Origin: Eledone cirrhosa
Taxonomy: Eukaryota
Length of the DNA stretch: 64,000 bases
Assembly: GCA_964016885.1 (NCBI GenBank)
Contig: CAXHJY010000096.1
Location: forward strand, 1,922,001 to 1,986,000
Direction: 5' to 3'
Part shown: piece after piece, positions 10,820 through 22,200 of the stretch
How positions within the stretch are numbered: position 1 is the stretch's first letter
Layout of the letters: each line of letters starts with the position of its first letter
Notes under the pieces: generated by a model
The model's input: the letters and a program-made list of their open reading frames with translations, nothing else
Told to the model about the DNA's origin: nothing
Database searches by the model: none
Translations under genes and position numbers: made by a program

Positions 10820-13800
10820 AAAATCAGGGGGAGATAATTTGTAAAAAAAATCAGGGGGAGATAATTTGTAAAAAAAAATCAGGGGGAGATAATTTGTAAA
10901 AAAAATCAAGGAGAGATAATTTCCAGCCGTCCAAGGGAAGATAATTTCCAGCCGTCCAAGGAGACATATTTTCCAGCCGTCCAAGGCGAGGTAATTTCTA
11001 GCCGTCCAAGGGGAGATAAATTCCAGCCTCCAAGGGGAGATAATTTCCAGCCAGCCAAGGGGAGATAATTTGTAAAAAAATCAGGGGGAGATAATTTGTA
11101 AAAAATATCAGGGAGATAATTTGTAAAAAAAAATCAGGGGGAGATAATTTGTAAAAAAAATCAGGGGGAGATAATTTGTAAAAAAAAATCAGGGGGAGAT
11201 AATTTGTAAAGAAAATCAAGGGGAGATAATTTCCAGCCGTCCAAGGGGAGATAATTTTCAGCCGTCCAAGGAGAGGTAATTTCTAGCCGTCCGAGGAGAG
11301 ATAATTTCCAGCCGTCCAAGGGGAGATAATTTCCAGCCGTCCAAGGGGAGATAATTTCCAGCCGTCCAAGGAGACATATTTTCCAGCCGTCCAAGGAGAG
11401 GTAATTTCTAGCCGTCCAAGGGGAGATAAATTCCAGCCTCCAAGGGGAGATAATTTCCAGCCAGCCAAGGGGAAATAATTTGTAAAAAAATCAGGGGGAG
11501 ATAATTTGCAAAAAAAATCAGGGGGAGATAATTTGTAAAAAAAATCAGGGGGAGATAATTTGTAAAAAATAATCAGGGGGAGATAATTTCCAGCCGTCCA
11601 AGGGGAGATAATTTAAAAAAAAATCAGGCGGAGATAATTTGTAAAAAAAAATCAGGGGGAGATAATTTGTAAAAAAAAATCAGGGGGAGATAATTTGTAA
11701 AAAAAATCAAGGGGAGATAATTTCCAGCCGTCCAAGGGGAGATAATTTTCAGCCGTCCAAGGGGAGATAATTTCCCGCCAGCCAAGGGAAGATAATATTT
11801 AAAAAAATCAGGGGGAGATAATTTGTAAAAAAAATCAGGGGGAGATAATTTGTAAAAAAAAATCAGGGGGAGATAATTTGTAAAAAAAAATCAGGGTGAG
11901 ATAATTTGCAAAAAAAATCAGGGGGAGATAATTTGTAAAAAAAAATCAGGGGTAGATAATTTGTAAAAAAAAATCAGGGGGAGATAATTTGTAAAAAAAA
12001 ATCAGGGGGAGATAATTTGTAAAAAAAATCAAGGGGAGATAATTTCCAGCCGTCCAAGGAGAGATAATTTAAAAAAAAATCAGGCGGAGATAATTTGTAA
12101 AAAAAAATCAGGGGGAGATAATTTGTAAAAAAAATCAGGGGGAGATAATTTGTAAAAAAAAATCAGGGGTAGATAATTTGTAAAAAAAAATCAGGGGGAG
12201 ATAATTTGTAAAAAAAAATCAGGAGGAGATAATTTGTAAAAAAAATCAAGGGGAGATAATTTCCAGCCGTCCAAGGAGAGATAATTTTAAAAAAAATCAG
12301 GCGGAGATAATTTGTAAAAAAAAATCAGGGGGAGATAATTTGTAAAAAAAAATCAGGGGGAGATAATTTGTAAAAAAAATCAAGGGGAGATAATTTCCAG
12401 CCGTCCAAGGGGAGATAATTTTCAGCCGTCCAAGGGGAGATAATTTCCCGCCAGCCAAGGGAAGATAATATTCAAAAAAATCAGGCGGAGATAATTTGTA
12501 AAAAAAATCAGGGGGAGATAATTTGTAAAAAAATCAGGGGGAGATAATTTGTAAAAAAAAAAATCAGGGGGAGATAATTTGTAAAAAAAATCAGGGGGAG
12601 ATAATTTGTAAAAAAAAATCAGGGGTAGATAATTTGTAAAAAAAAATCAGGGGGAGATAATTTGTAAAAAAAAATCAGGGGGAGATAATTTGTAAAAAAA
12701 ATGAAAGGGGAGATAATATCCAGCCGTCCAAGGGGAGATAATTTCCAGCCGTCCAAGGGGAGATAATTTCCAGCCGTCCAAGGGGAGATAATTTCCATCC
12801 TTCCAAGGGGATATAATTTCCAGCCGTCCAAGGGGAGATAATTTCCATCCTTCCAAGGGGATATAATTTCCAGCCGTCCAAGGGGAGATAATTTTCAGCC
12901 GTCCAAGGAGAGGTAATTTCTAGCCGTCCAAGGAGAGATAATTTCCAGCCGTCCAAGGGGAGATAATTTCCAGCCGTCCAAGGGGAGATAATTTCCAGCC
13001 GTCCAAGGAGACATATTTTCCAGCCGTCCAAGGAGAGGTAATTCCTAGCCGTCCAAGGGGAGATAAATTCCAGCCTCCAAGGGGAGATAATTTGTAAAAA
13101 AAATCAGGCGGAGATAATTTGTAAAAAAAATCAGGGGGAGATAATTTGTAAAAAAAATCAGGGGGAGATAATTTGTAAAAAAAAATCAGGGGTAGATAAT
13201 TTGTAAAAAATAATCAGGGGGAGATAATTTGTAAAAAAAATCAAGGGGAGATAATTTCCAGCCGTCCAAGGGGAGATAATTTTCAGCCGTCCAAGGGGAG
13301 ATAATTTCCCGCCAGCCAAGGGAAGATAATATTTAAAAAAATTAGGCGGAGATAATTTGTAAAAAAAATCAGGGGGAGATAATTTGTAAAAAAATCAGGG
13401 GGAGATAATTTGTAAAAAAAATCAGGGGGAGATAATTTGTAAAAAAAATCAGGGGGAGATAATTTGTAAAAAAAAATCAGGGGGAGATAATTTGTAAAAA
13501 AAATCAAGGGGAGATAATTTCCAGCCGTCCAAGGGAAGATAATTTCCAGCCCTCCAAGGGGCTATAATTTCCAGCGTCCAAGGGGAGATAATTTCCAGCC
13601 AGCGAAGGGGAGATAATTTTTTTAAAAAAATCATTGGGAGATTTGTAAAAAAAATCAGGGGGAGATAATTTGTAAAAAAAATCAAGGGGAGATAATTTCC
13701 AGCCGTCCAAGGGGAGGTAATATCTAGCCGTCCAAGGGGAGATAATTTCCAGCCGTCCAAGGGGAGATAATTTCCAGCCGTCCAAGGGTAGATAATATCC

Positions 13801-14772
13801 AGCCGTCCAAGGACATATTTTCCAGCCGTCCAAGGAGAGGTAATTTCTAGCCGTCCAAGGGGAGATAAATTCCAGCCTCCAAGGTGAGATAATTTCCAGC
13901 CAGCCAAGGGGAGATAATTTGTAAAAAAATCAGGGGGAGATAATTTGTAAAAAAAATCAGGGGGAGATAATTTGTAAAAAAAAATCAGGGGGAGATAATT
14001 TGTAAAAAAAAATCAGGGGGAGATAATTTGTAAAAAAAAATCAGGGGGAGATAATTTGTAAAAAAATCAAGGGGAGATAATTTCCAGCCGTCCAAGGGGA
14101 GATAATTTCCCGCCAGCCAAGGGAAGATAATATTTGAAAAAATCAGGCGGAGATAATTTGTAAAAAAAATCAGGGGGAGATAATTTGTAAAAAAATCAGG
14201 GGGAGATAATTTGTAAAAAAAAAATCATGGGGAGATAATTTGTAAAAAAAATCAGGGGGAGATAATTTGTAAAAAAAAATCAGGGGTAGATAAATTGTAA
14301 AAAAAAATCAGGGGGAGATAATTTGTAAAAAAAATCAGGGGGAGATAATTTGTAAAAAAAATGAAAGGGGAGATAATATCCAGCCGTCCAAGGGGAGATA
14401 ATTTCCAGCCGTCCAAGGGGAGATAATTTCCAGCCGTCCAAGGGGAGATAATTTCCATCCTTCCAAGGGGATATAATTTCCAGCCGTCCAAGGGGAGATA
14501 ATTTCCCGCCAGCCAAGGGAAGATAATTTTTAAAAAAATCAGGCGGAGATTGTAAAAAAAATCAGGGGGGAGATAATTTGTAAAAAAATCAGGGGGAGAT
14601 AATTTGTAAAAAAAAATCAGGGGGAGATAATTTGTAAAAAATAATCAGGGGGAGATAATTTGTAAAAAAAAATCAAGGGGAGATAATTTCCAGCCGTCCA
14701 AGGGGAGGTAATATCTAGCCGTCCAAGGGGAGATAATTTCCAGCCGTCCAACGGGAGATAATTTCCAGCCGT
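10820..14772 (+). repeat. ~3.95-kb copy of ~2,810-6,790 (offset 8,007; 7,982 after loss of one 25-bp monomer)
   Basis: ORF pairs 3154/11161, 3276/11283, 4612/12619, 5442/13449 (all 8,007) and 6270/14252 (7,982). Shared rare variants are gtaaagaaaatc, ggggaaataat, cagggtgag and caggaggag. Confidence 0.92.
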
Positions 14773-15998
14773 CCATGGGTAGATAATATCCAGCCGCCCA
14801 AGGACATATTTTCCAGCCGTCCAAGGAGAGGTAATTTCTAGCCGTCCAAGGGGAGATAATTACAGCCGTCCAAGGGTAGATAATATCCAGCCGTCCAAGG
14901 ACATATTTTCCAGCCGTCCAAGGAGAGGTAATTTCTAGCCGTCCAAGGGGAGATAAATTCCAGCCTCCAAGGGGAGATAATTTCCAGCCAGCCAAGGGGA
15001 GATAATTTGTAAAAAAATCAGGGGGAGATAATTTGTAAAAAAAATCAGGGGGAGATAATTTGTAAAAAAAAATCAGGGGGAGATAATTTGTAAAAAAAAA
15101 TCAGGGGGAGATAATTTGCAAAAAAAATCAGGGGGAGATAATTTGTAAAAAAAAATCAGGGGTAGATAATTTGTAAAAAAAAATCAGGGGGAGATAATTT
15201 GTAAAAAAAAATCAGGGGGAGATAATTTGTAAAAAAAATCAAGGGGAGATAATTTCCAGCCGTCCAAGGGAAGATAATTTCCAGCCCTCCAAGGGGCTAT
15301 AATTTCCAGCGTCCAAGGGGAGATAATTTCCAGCCAGCGAAGGGGAGATAATTTTTTTTAAAAAATCATTGGGAGATTTGTAAAAAAAATCAGGGGGAGA
15401 TAATTTGTAAAAAAAATCAAGGGGAGATAATTTCCAGCCGTCCAAGGGGAGGTAATATCTAGCCGTCCAAGGGGAGATAATTTCCAGCCGTCCAACGGGA
15501 GATAATTTCCAGCCGTCCATGGGTAGATAATATCCAGCCGCCCAAGGACATATTTTCCAGCCGTCCAAGGAGAGGTAATTTCTAGCCGTCCAAGGGGAGA
15601 TAATTTCCAGCCGTCCAAGGGTAGATAATATCCAGCCGTCCAAGGACATATTTTCCAGCCGTCCAAGGAGAGGTAATTTCTAGCCGTCCAAGGGGAGATA
15701 AATTCCAGCCTCCAAGGGGAGATAATTTCCAGCCAGCCAAGGGGAGATAATTTGTAAAAAAATCAGGGGGAGATAATTTGTAAAAAAAATCAGGGGGAGA
15801 TAATTTGTAAAAAAAAATCAGGGGGAGATAATTTGTAAAAAAAATCAGGGGGAGATAATTTGCAAAAAAAATCAGGGGGAGATAATTTGTAAAAAAAAAT
15901 CAGGGGTAGATAATTTGTAAAAAAAAATCAGGGGGAGATAATTTGTAAAAAAAAATCAGGGGGAGATAATTTGTAAAAAAAATCAAGGGGAGATAATT
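14673..15998 (+). repeat. 744/745-bp internal duplication within the 6-7-kb HOR
   Basis: The rare motif run ccaacggg...ccatgggtag...gccgcccaaggacatat has acggg at 14,751 and 15,495. The pair recurs in each HOR copy (~20.9/21.7, 27.9/28.7, 43.6/44.3, 49.7/50.5, 56.7/57.5 kb). Confidence 0.85.
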
Positions 15999-18254
15999 TC
16001 CAGCCGTCCAAGGAGAGATAATTTTAAAAAAAATCAGGCGGAGATAATTTGTAAAAAAAAATCAGGGGGAGATAATTTGTAAAAAAAATCAGGGGGAGAT
16101 AATTTGTAAAAAAAAATCAGGGGTAGATAATTTGTAAAAAAAAATCAGGGGGAGATAATTTGTAAAAAAAAATCAGGGGGAGATAATTTGTAAAAAAAAT
16201 CAAGGGGAGATAATTTCCAGCCGTCCAAGGAGAGATAATTTAAAAAAAAATCAGGGGGAGATAATTTGTAAAAAAAATCAAGGGGAGATAATTTCCAGCC
16301 GTCCAAGGGGAGATAATTTTCAGCCGTCCAAGGGGAGATAATTTCCCGCCAGCCAAGGGAAGATAATATTCAAAAAAATCAGGCGGAGATAATTTGTAAA
16401 AAAAATCAGGGGGAGATAATTTGTAAAAAAATCAGGGGGAGATAATTTGTAAAAAAAAAAATCAGGGGGAGATAATTTGTAAAAAAAATCAGGGGGAGAT
16501 AATTTGTAAAAAAAAAATCAGGGGTAGATAATTTGTAAAAAAAAATCAGGGGGAGATAATTTGTAAAAAAAAATCAGGGGGAGATAATTTGTAAAAAAAA
16601 TGAAAGGGGAGATAATATCCAGCCGTCCAAGGGGAGATAATTTCCAGCCGTCCAAGGGGAGATAATTTCCAGCCGTCCAAGGGGAGATAATTTCCATCCT
16701 TCCAAGGGGATATAATTTCCAGCCGTCCAAGGGGAGATAATTTCCATCCTTCCAAGGGGATATAATTTCCAGCCGTCCAAGGGGAGATAATTTTCAGCCG
16801 TCCAAGGAGAGGTAATTTCTAGCCGTCCAAGGAGAGATAATTTCCAGCCGTCCAAGGGGAGATAATTTCCAGCCGTCCAAGGGGAGATAATTTCCAGCCG
16901 TCCAAGGAGACATATTTTCCAGCCGTCCAAGGAGAGGTAATTCCTAGCCGTCCAAGGGGAGATAAATTCCAGCCTCCAAGGGGAGATAATTTCCAGCCAG
17001 CCAAGGGGAGATAATTTGTAAAAAAAATCAGGGGGAGATAATTTGTAAAAAAAATCAGGGGGAGATAATTTGTAAAGAAATCAGGGGGAGATAATTTGTA
17101 AAAAAAATCAGGGGGAGATAATTTGTAAAAAAAATCAGGGGGAGATAATTTGTAAAAAAAAATCAGGGGGAGATAATTTGTAAAAAAAATCAAGGGGAGA
17201 TAATTTCCAGCCGTCCAAGGGAAGATAATTTCCAGCCCTCCAAGGGGCTATAATTTCCAGCGTCCAAGGGGAGATAATTTCCAGCCAGCGAAGGGGAGAT
17301 AATTTTTTTAAAAAAATCATTGGGAGATTTGTAAAAAAATCAGGGGGAGATAATTTGTAAAAAAAATCAAGGGGAGATAATTACCAGCCGTCCAAGGGGA
17401 GGTAATATCTAGCCGTCCAAGGGGTGATAATTTCCAGCCGTCCAAGGGGAGATAATTTCCAGCCGTCCAAGGGTAGATAATATCCAGCCGTCCAAGGACA
17501 TATTTTCCAGCCGTCCAAGGAGAGGTAATTTCTAGCCGTCCAAGGGGAGATAAATTCCAGCCTCCAAGGTGAGATAATTTCCAGCCAGCCAAGGGGAGAT
17601 AATTTGTAAAAAAAAATCAGGGGGAGATAATTTGTAAAAAAAATCAAGGGGAGATAATTTCCAGCCGTCCAAGGGGAGATAATTTTCAGCCGTCCAAGGG
17701 GAGATAATTTCCCGCCAGCCAAGGGAAGATAATATTTAAAAAAATCAGGCGGAGATAATTTGTAAAAAAAATCAGGGGGAGATAATTTGTAAAAAAATCA
17801 GGGGGAGATAATTTGTAAAAAAAAAATCAGGGGGAGATAATTTGTAAAAAAAATCAGGGGGAGATAATTTGTAAAAAAAAATCAGGGGTAGATGAATTGT
17901 AAAAAAAAATCAGGGGGAGATAATTTGTAAAAAAAATCAGGGGGAGATAATTTGTAAAAAAAATGAAAGGGGAGATAATATCCAGCCGTCCAAGGGGAGA
18001 TAATTTCCAGCCGTCCAAGGGGAGATAATTTCCAGCCGTCCAAGGGGAGATAATTTCCATCCTTCCAAGGGGATATAATTTCCAGCCGTCCAAGGGGAGA
18101 TAATTTCCCGCCAGCCAAGGGAAGATAATATTTAAAAAAATTAGGCGGAGATAATTTGTAAAAAAAATCAGGGGGAGATAATTTGTAAAAAATCAGGGGG
18201 AGATAATTTGTAAAAAAAATCAGGGGGAGATAATTTGTAAAAAAAATCATGGGG

Positions 18255-19270
18255 AGATAATTTGTAAAAAAAAATCAGGGGTAGATAATTTGTAAAAAAA
18301 AATCAGGGGGAGATAATTTGTAAAAAAAAATCAGGGGGAGATAATTTGTAAAAAAAATCAAGGGGAGATAATTTCCAGCCGTCCAAGGGGAGATAATTTT
18401 CAGCCGTCCAAGGAGAGGTAATTTCTAGCCGTCCAAGGGGAGATAATTTCCAGCCGTCCAAGGGGAGGTAATTTCCAGCCGTCCAAGGGGAGATAATTTT
18501 AAAAAAAAAATCAGGCGGAGATAATTTGTAAAAAAAATCAAGGGGAGATAATTTGCAGCCGTCCAAGGGGAGATAATTTTCAGTCGTCCAAGGAGAGGTA
18601 ATTTCTAGCCGTCCAAGGGGAGATAATTGCCAGCCGTCCAAGGGGAGATAATTTCCAGCCGTCCAAGGGGAGATAATTTTTTTTAAAAAATCAGGCGGAG
18701 ATAATTTGTAAAAAAAATCAGGGGGAGATAATTTGTAAACAAAATCAGGGGGAGATAATTTGTAAAAAAAAATCAGGGGTAGATAATTTGTAAAAAAAAA
18801 TCAGGGGGAGATAATTTGTAAAAAAAAATCAGGGGGAGATAATTTGTAAAAAAAATCAAGGGGAGATAATTTCCAGCCGTCCAAGGGGAGATAATTTTCA
18901 GCCGTCCAAGGAGAGGTAATTTCTAGCCGTCCAAGGGGAGATAATTTCCAGCCGTCCAAGGGGAGGTAATTTCCAGCCGTCCAAGGGGAGATAATTTTTA
19001 AAAAAAAATCAGGCGGAGATAATTTGTAAAAAAAATCAAGGGGAGATAATTTGCAGCCGTCCAAGGGGAGATAATTTTCAGTCGTCCAAGGAGAGGTAAT
19101 TTCTAGCCGTCCAAGGGGAGATAATTTCCAGCCGTCCAAGGGGAGATAATTTCCAGCCGTCCAAGGGGAGATAATTTTTTTTAAAAAATCAGGCGGAGAT
19201 AATTTGTAAAAAAAATCAGGGGGAGATAATTTGTAAACAAAATCAGGGGGAGATAATTTGTAAAAAAAAA
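18255..19270 (+). repeat. 498-bp tandem duplication within the 6-7-kb HOR, each unit containing a diverged ~180-bp doublet
   Basis: ORF left ends 18303/18801, 24479/24977, 47110/47608 and 53286/53784 all differ by 498. Lines 18,361 and 18,541 align at a 180-bp offset. Confidence 0.88.
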
Positions 19271-22200
19271 TCAGGGGGAGATAATTTGTAAAAAAAATCA
19301 TGGAGAGATAATTTCCAGCCGTCCAAGGGGAGATAATTTCCAGCCTTCCAAGGAGACATATTTTCCAGCCGTCCAAGGCGAGGTAATTTCTAGCCGTCCA
19401 AGGGGAGATAAATTCCAGCCTCCAAGGGGAGATAATTTCCAGCCAGCCAAGTGGAGATAATTTGTAAAAAAATCAGGGGGAGATAATTTGTAAAAAATAT
19501 CAGGGAGATAATTTGTAAAAAAAAATCAGGGGGAGATAATTTGTAAAAAAAATCAGGGGGAGATAATTTGTAAAAAAAAATCAGGGGGAGATAATTTGTA
19601 AAAAAAATCAAGGGGAGATAATTTCCAGCCGTCCAAGGGGAGATAATTTTCAGCCGTCCAAGGGGAGATAATTTCCCGCCAGCCAAGGGAAGATAATATT
19701 TAAAAAAATCAGGCGGAGATAATTTGTAAAAAAAATCAGGGGGAGATAATTTGTAAAAAAATCAGGGGGAGATAATTTGTAAAAAAAAAATCAGGGGGAG
19801 ATAATTTGTAAAAAAAATCAGGGGGAGATAATTTGTAAAAAAAAATCAGGGGTAGATAATTTGTAAACAAAAATCAGGGGGAGATAATTTGTAAAAAAAA
19901 ATCAGGGGGAGATAATTTGTAAAAAAAATGAAAGGGGAGATAATATCCAGCCGTCCAAGGGGAGATAATTTCCAGCCGTCCAAGGAGACATATTTTCCAG
20001 CCGTCCAAGGAGAGGTAATTCCTAGCCGTCCAAGGGGAGATAAATTCCAGCCTCCAAGGGGAGATAATTTGTAAAAAAAATCAGGGGGAGATAATTTGTA
20101 AAAAAAATCAGGGGGAGATAATTTGTAAAAAAAATCAGGGGGAGATAATTTGTAAAAAAAAATCAGGGGTAGATAATTTGTAAAAAATAATCAGGGGGAG
20201 ATAATTTGTAAAAAAAATCAAGGGGAGATAATTTCCAGCCGTCCAAGGGGAGATAATTTTCAGCCGTCCAAGGGGAGATAATTTCCCGCCAGCCAAGGGA
20301 AGATAATATTTGAAAAAATCAGGCGGAGATAATTTGTAAAAAAAATCAGGGGGAGATAATTTGTAAAAAAATCAGGGGGAGATAATTTGTAAAAAAAAAA
20401 TCATGGGGAGATAATTTGTAAAAAAAATCAGGGGGAGATAATTTGTAAAAAAAAATCAGGGGTAGATAAATTGTAAAAAAAAATCAGGGGGAGATAATTT
20501 GTAAAAAAAATCAGGGGGAGATAATTTGTAAAAAAAATGAAAGGGGAGATAATATCCAGCCGTCCAAGGGGAGATAATTTCCAGCCGTCCAAGGGGAGAT
20601 AATTTCCAGCCGTCCAAGGGGAGATAATTTCCATCCTTCCAAGGGGATATAATTTCCAGCCGTCCAAGGGGAGATAATTTCCCGCCAGCCAAGGGAAGAT
20701 AATTTTTAAAAAAATCAGGCGGAGATTGTAAAAAAAATCAGGGGGGAGATAATTTGTAAAAAAATCAGGGGGAGATAATTTGTAAAAAAAAATCAGGGGG
20801 AGATAATTTGTAAAAAATAATCAGGGGGAGATAATTTGTAAAAAAAAATCAAGGGGAGATAATTTCCAGCCGTCCAAGGGGAGGTAATATCTAGCCGTCC
20901 AAGGGGAGATAATTTCCAGCCGTCCAACGGGAGATAATTTCCAGCCGTCCATGGGTAGATAATATCCAGCCGCCCAAGGACATATTTTCCAGCCGTCCAA
21001 GGAGAGGTAATTTCTAGCCGTCCAAGGGGAGATAATTACAGCCGTCCAAGGGTAGATAATATCCAGCCGTCCAAGGACATATTTTCCAGCCGTCCAAGGA
21101 GAGGTAATTTCTAGCCGTCCAAGGGGAGATAAATTCCAGCCTCCAAGGGGAGATAATTTCCAGCCAGCCAAGGGGAGATAATTTGTAAAAAAATCAGGGG
21201 GAGATAATTTGTAAAAAAAATCAGGGGGAGATAATTTGTAAAAAAAAATCAGGGGGAGATAATTTGTAAAAAAAAATCAGGGGGAGATAATTTGCAAAAA
21301 AAATCAGGGGGAGATAATTTGTAAAAAAAAATCAGGGGTAGATAATTTGTAAAAAAAAATCAGGGGGAGATAATTTGTAAAAAAAAATCAGGGGGAGATA
21401 ATTTGTAAAAAAAATCAAGGGGAGATAATTTCCAGCCGTCCAAGGGAAGATAATTTCCAGCCCTCCAAGGGGCTATAATTTCCAGCGTCCAAGGGGAGAT
21501 AATTTCCAGCCAGCGAAGGGGAGATAATTTTTTTTAAAAAATCATTGGGAGATTTGTAAAAAAAATCAGGGGGAGATAATTTGTAAAAAAAATCAAGGGG
21601 AGATAATTTCCAGCCGTCCAAGGGGAGGTAATATCTAGCCGTCCAAGGGGAGATAATTTCCAGCCGTCCAACGGGAGATAATTTCCAGCCGTCCATGGGT
21701 AGATAATATCCAGCCGCCCAAGGACATATTTTCCAGCCGTCCAAGGAGAGGTAATTTCTAGCCGTCCAAGGGGAGATAATTTCCAGCCGTCCAAGGGTAG
21801 ATAATATCCAGCCGTCCAAGGACATATTTTCCAGCCGTCCAAGGAGAGGTAATTTCTAGCCGTCCAAGGGGAGATAAATTCCAGCCTCCAAGGGGAGATA
21901 ATTTCCAGCCAGCCAAGGGGAGATAATTTGTAAAAAAATCAGGGGGAGATAATTTGTAAAAAAAATCAGGGGGAGATAATTTGTAAAAAAAAATCAGGGG
22001 GAGATAATTTGTAAAAAAAAATCAGGGGGAGATAATTTGCAAAAAAAATCAGGGGGAGATAATTTGTAAAAAAAAATCAGGGGTAGATAATTTGTAAAAA
22101 AAAATCAGGGGGAGATAATTTGTAAAAAAAAATCAGGGGGAGATAATTTGTAAAAAAAATCAAGGGGAGATAATTTCCAGCCGTCCAAGGAGAGATAATT

